Positions 60,792 through 64,000 of a stretch of DNA of 64,000 bases are shown here, piece by piece (the stretch's first letter is position 1; each line of letters opens with the position of its first letter). This DNA is from Lophium mytilinum (taxonomy: Eukaryota): the NCBI GenBank assembly GCA_010093605.1, contig MU004196.1, positions 270,606-334,605 on the forward strand, in the 5' to 3' direction. The translations under genes and the position numbers were made by a program. The notes beneath the pieces are model-generated. The model made no database searches and was not told the origin of the DNA. It saw only the letters and a list, made by a program, of their open reading frames with translations.

Positions 60792-62057
60792 ATGCTGAAC
60801 AAGGGAGTGCGCGCCATTGCGCCTGTGGCTAGTCAGCCGCGGGCCAGCGTCATCCGGCGGCGGCGATGGATGAGCACAGCGACGACGAAGAGGCCTCGAA
60901 CTGCTCTATTCTTCCCAGGTATCTATCCCCTATTCCCCCTTCACCCACTCCCCATTCTAACACCTCGACCTCCAGGCCAAGGCGTCCAACGCGTCGGCAT
61001 GATCACGCCCTGGCTCGACGCCTTCCCCCGCACCGTCCTCCCCATCCTCGACGAAATCGACAGCACTCTCCGCATCCCCCTCTCGCGCATCATCGCCGAC
61101 GGGCCCAACGCGACCCTCACCGCGACCGAGAACGCCCAGCCCGCCATCATGGCCACCTCGATCCTGATCCTGCGCGTGCTGGAGCAGGAATTCGGCTTCG
61201 ACACGCCCTCCCGTGTCGACATCACCCTGGGGCACTCGCTCGGCGAGTTCGCGGCCCTCGTCGCCGGCGGCTACCTCACCTTCACCGACGCGCTGAAGAT
61301 GGTGCGGCGGCGCGCCGAGGTCATGGCGGGGTGCAGCGCGGCGGCGGCGAGCGCGACCGAGGGCGGCGAGTTCGGCATGGTGGCGCTGGTGTGCGAGAGC
61401 GAGGCGCACATGCGGGACCTCGTCGTCGGGATCTACGAGTTCCTGGGCTTGTCGAGCGCGGGGTCGAAGTCTGATTCCGCGAACGACTTGCCGGCGGTCG
61501 AGCAGGTGTCGATTGCGAATATCAATTCGAAGAATCAGATTGTGCTGAGTGGGAGTATCGAGCGGATTAACACGCTCATGACGAATTTGAGGCAGTTTGG
61601 CGGACATGATCCTAGGCATGTGCGGTTGAAGAGTGATAGTCCGTTTCACAGTCCGCTGATGAAGCCGGCGGAGGAGATGATGAAGAAGTTGCTGTATGAG
61701 CCGACCGAGGAGGGGAGGGATATTATTACGTGGCCGGGGGTTATGCCGTGTATTTCGAATGTTTCGGCGAGGCCGTTTAAGTCGGAGGATCAGCTTAAGG
61801 ATTTGCTGGCACGAGGGTGTGTGGATACTGTCAGATGGTGGAATTCTGTCAAGTACCTGGATCAAGAAGAGAAGGTCAGGAGATGGGTTGGCATTGGGCC
61901 TGGCAAGGTGGGTAGGAACCTAGTGGGCAAAGAGGTGGGCATGAAGGGGGCTGTCAAAGGAGGGGGAGTCTGGGGCATCACATCACCAAAAGAGGCCGAA
62001 GAGGTCATGCGAGCACTGGACGACACGGAGCACATAGAAGAGGAGGAAGAGGAATGA
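60792..62057 (+). CDS. MCT1: Mitochondrial malonyl-CoA:ACP transacylase (FabD)
   Basis: ALFFP|GQG across an intron at about 60919-60975, TENAQPAI, GHSLGEF nucleophile motif, ANINSKNQIVLSG and PFHSPLM; Arg-rich presequence. Confidence 0.93.
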   Translation: MLNKGVRAIAPVASQPRASVIRRRRWMSTATTKRPRTALFFPGIYPLFPLHPLPILTPRPPGQGVQRVGMITPWLDAFPRTVLPILDEIDSTLRIPLSRIIADGPNATLTATENAQPAIMATSILILRVLEQEFGFDTPSRVDITLGHSLGEFAALVAGGYLTFTDALKMVRRRAEVMAGCSAAAASATEGGEFGMVALVCESEAHMRDLVVGIYEFLGLSSAGSKSDSANDLPAVEQVSIANINSKNQIVLSGSIERINTLMTNLRQFGGHDPRHVRLKSDSPFHSPLMKPAEEMMKKLLYEPTEEGRDIITWPGVMPCISNVSARPFKSEDQLKDLLARGCVDTVRWWNSVKYLDQEEKVRRWVGIGPGKVGRNLVGKEVGMKGAVKGGGVWGITSPKEAEEVMRALDDTEHIEEEEEE

Positions 62058-62137
62058 TTCGGGCTGCCAATAGACAGTCAAATGCCTCTAGCCAGGAATG
62101 CGCCGACGATGACCTCAATCGCCATACCTTCAGCCCT

Positions 62138-63381
62138 CTATGGAGACGAGATGACCAATCCAGCATCTACAAAAATCAGCAACCACACGGAGCAAATGGA
62201 GAGACCAGAGCACTCACCGACTTGGATTTTCTGGCCCGTCATGGACGAGTTCTTGGCCAGCATTATAAACGCATTCGCGCAATCTACCAGATCCGTAGCC
62301 ATCTTCAGCGCCGCCCGGTCCTCGATCGACTTGATCATTTCGGGCGAGTATTTGAGTCCCTGGAAAAGTGAGCGATCACCGGAATTTTGGAATGGAAAAT
62401 TAGAAAGAAGGACGCACCCATTCCGTCATCAGCAAACCAGGCAGCACGGCGTTCACCCGCACTTTCGGCCCCTGCGTGCTCGCAAGACACTTCATGAGAT
62501 GCAGCTGCGCGGCTTTGGTGATGGCGTAGGCCATTGAGGAACCGCCTTGAGAAACACCCTACTCTCGCTGCGTCAGCCTCTACCTACCTTCGACATTCGG
62601 GTTGCAGATCGAAGGGATATTGGGGTACGCACAGCTACCGAAGAAGTCATGATAAACGCGCCGCCGTCAGGATTCGCGTTGAACGTCGGCAACGCGGCTC
62701 GGAGAAGCGCGTGCTGCCCCTTTACGTTGACGGCCCAGCACTGGACTGATCAGCTACCTGTGTAGATTTTGGGCAGAAGGGAAAGGAAAGTAAGGGAGAG
62801 GAGGTGGAGCGTACTTTATCCCACTCCTCCTCCGTCAGCGCGTCCAGATCCGCAAACGTGCCGAATTGCGTCCAGCCCTGTATATATATTAGCAAAGTAG
62901 TGATTATCGTTACACTCTCCGTAAACCAAAAATAGGGAGTCCTTGTAACAATAGTACCCAAAATTAAAAGTCTACGCAACCCAACCCATACCACATGCAC
63001 CTAAATGACGCGTGCATGAATATGGAAAGAAGGACCCACCGCGTTCCCAACGAGCACATCTATCCCTCCCAGCCCCTCCACCGCCTCTTGTACACATCGC
63101 GCGCAGTCCGCGAGATTCCCGCAGTCCTGTGACGCACGTCATCAGCTATGCGCCTTCTTTGGTCTTAAGAAACCCCTGCACTCGGATGCGTACGGCTTGC
63201 ACTACTATAGCTTTAACGCCGTACTCTTTCGAGATGTCCGCGGCGAGGGAGTCGGCGGGTGCACGCGCGGAGACGTAGTTGATAGCGATGTTCGCGCCTT
63301 CGGATGCGAAGAGGCGCGTTATTACTGCGCCGAGGCCGCTGGGCGGATTATGAGCTTGGACAGTTGAAGTAGCTTTTGTGG

Positions 63382-63423
<42 letters not shown>

Positions 63424-63668
63424 GGGGGGGGGAAGAAGAGAAGAAGAAGGGAGGGGTGGGGTGCACAGCATTGATATAAGTCTGGACGGAAACCAATCAC
63501 GGGAACGGCGGATGGAGGGGTATGACCCAGGGGGCGCGTGTGGATGTGATTTCGGAGAAGGTTTTGGTAGTGCTGGGGGAATGGAAAAGTATGGGGGAGG
63601 GAAGCAGAACAGGCATACCGCGAACCGCCGGTGATGAGCACGTTGCGGGATTTGAGGTCGTAGGGCAT
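62138..63668 (-). CDS. Short-chain dehydrogenase/reductase (FabG-like)
   Basis: VLITGGSR|GLG, NIAINY, DVLVGNA|GWT, catalytic YAITK, VRVNAVLPGLLMTEW and SMTGQKIQVD; multiple introns. Confidence 0.88.
63385..63420. repeat. (AG)18 microsatellite in the first intron of the SDR
   Basis: Read directly from the sequence. Confidence 0.9.
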
Positions 63669-64000
63669 CGTGATAGACTGCGGAAAATAAGGGTTGAGAA
63701 AGTAGCTCTGGTTTTAGGAATGTTAGGGTAGTTTCGTACGTTCGATTGGAAAGGACGAACGGTTGCTTACGCAGGAGAGCGGGTGCCGATGTCGTACATG
63801 TAGCGTCTGAAGGGCGTAGGTCGAGTCGAGTTGCCTTACCGACGTACCTAGGTACAAACCTCCAAGGCGGGGTGGTGGGATGGCAGTGGCTGGTGGGATC
63901 GTCAACGTTGTGGCTAGTATTATCTAACTGCATCAGTGCAGGTGCTAGAAGCATATCCAATATGCGAAGACATGCAAATGTAGATCAGTGGCGCAACCCC

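Noticed and set aside
3424..62057. Lipoate ligase and MCT1 as a mitochondrial FAS/lipoylation gene cluster
   Set aside because: They are 56 kb apart with many unrelated genes between them.
60792..62057. C-rich to G-rich compositional switch within MCT1 (also seen in the uL3m gene) as a sign of chimerism
   Set aside because: The proteins are continuous single-family members, and an intragenic skew gradient explains the pattern.

Overview
This is eukaryotic DNA from a filamentous ascomycete (Pezizomycotina, judged from short GT-AG introns with CTRAC branch sites and the gene families). The conserved genes are a probable Rud3-like golgin (partial), a catalase-like heme protein, lipoate-protein ligase, SepH/Cdc15-type kinase, three SDRs, a Zn-cluster-less fungal TF-domain protein, a metaxin/GST-like protein, mitochondrial uL3, a Zn2Cys6-acetyltransferase fusion and MCT1. 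Two gene-poor accessory tracts lie at about 4.9-16 kb and 23.4-37.9 kb. The most unusual signal is a non-coding repeat family present as two same-orientation arrays (about 9.35-13.2 kb and 30.16-31.72 kb). Its monomers are highly diverged in sequence but keep a 106-107 bp period. Longer units are close to whole multiples of about 10.65 bp (150, 160-161, about 170, 194, 203, 213), and both arrays stop at the same monomer position with a similar junction. Also notable: an orphan protein carrying the Skp1 C-terminal F-box-binding segment, a ~1700-aa chimera with a Set3-type PHD finger and a homeodomain-like remnant, a HeLo-like/ankyrin protein with no nucleotide-binding domain, and a spliced 68-aa microprotein absent from the ORF track. 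All coordinates and family calls were read by eye, without database searches, and may be off by a few bases.
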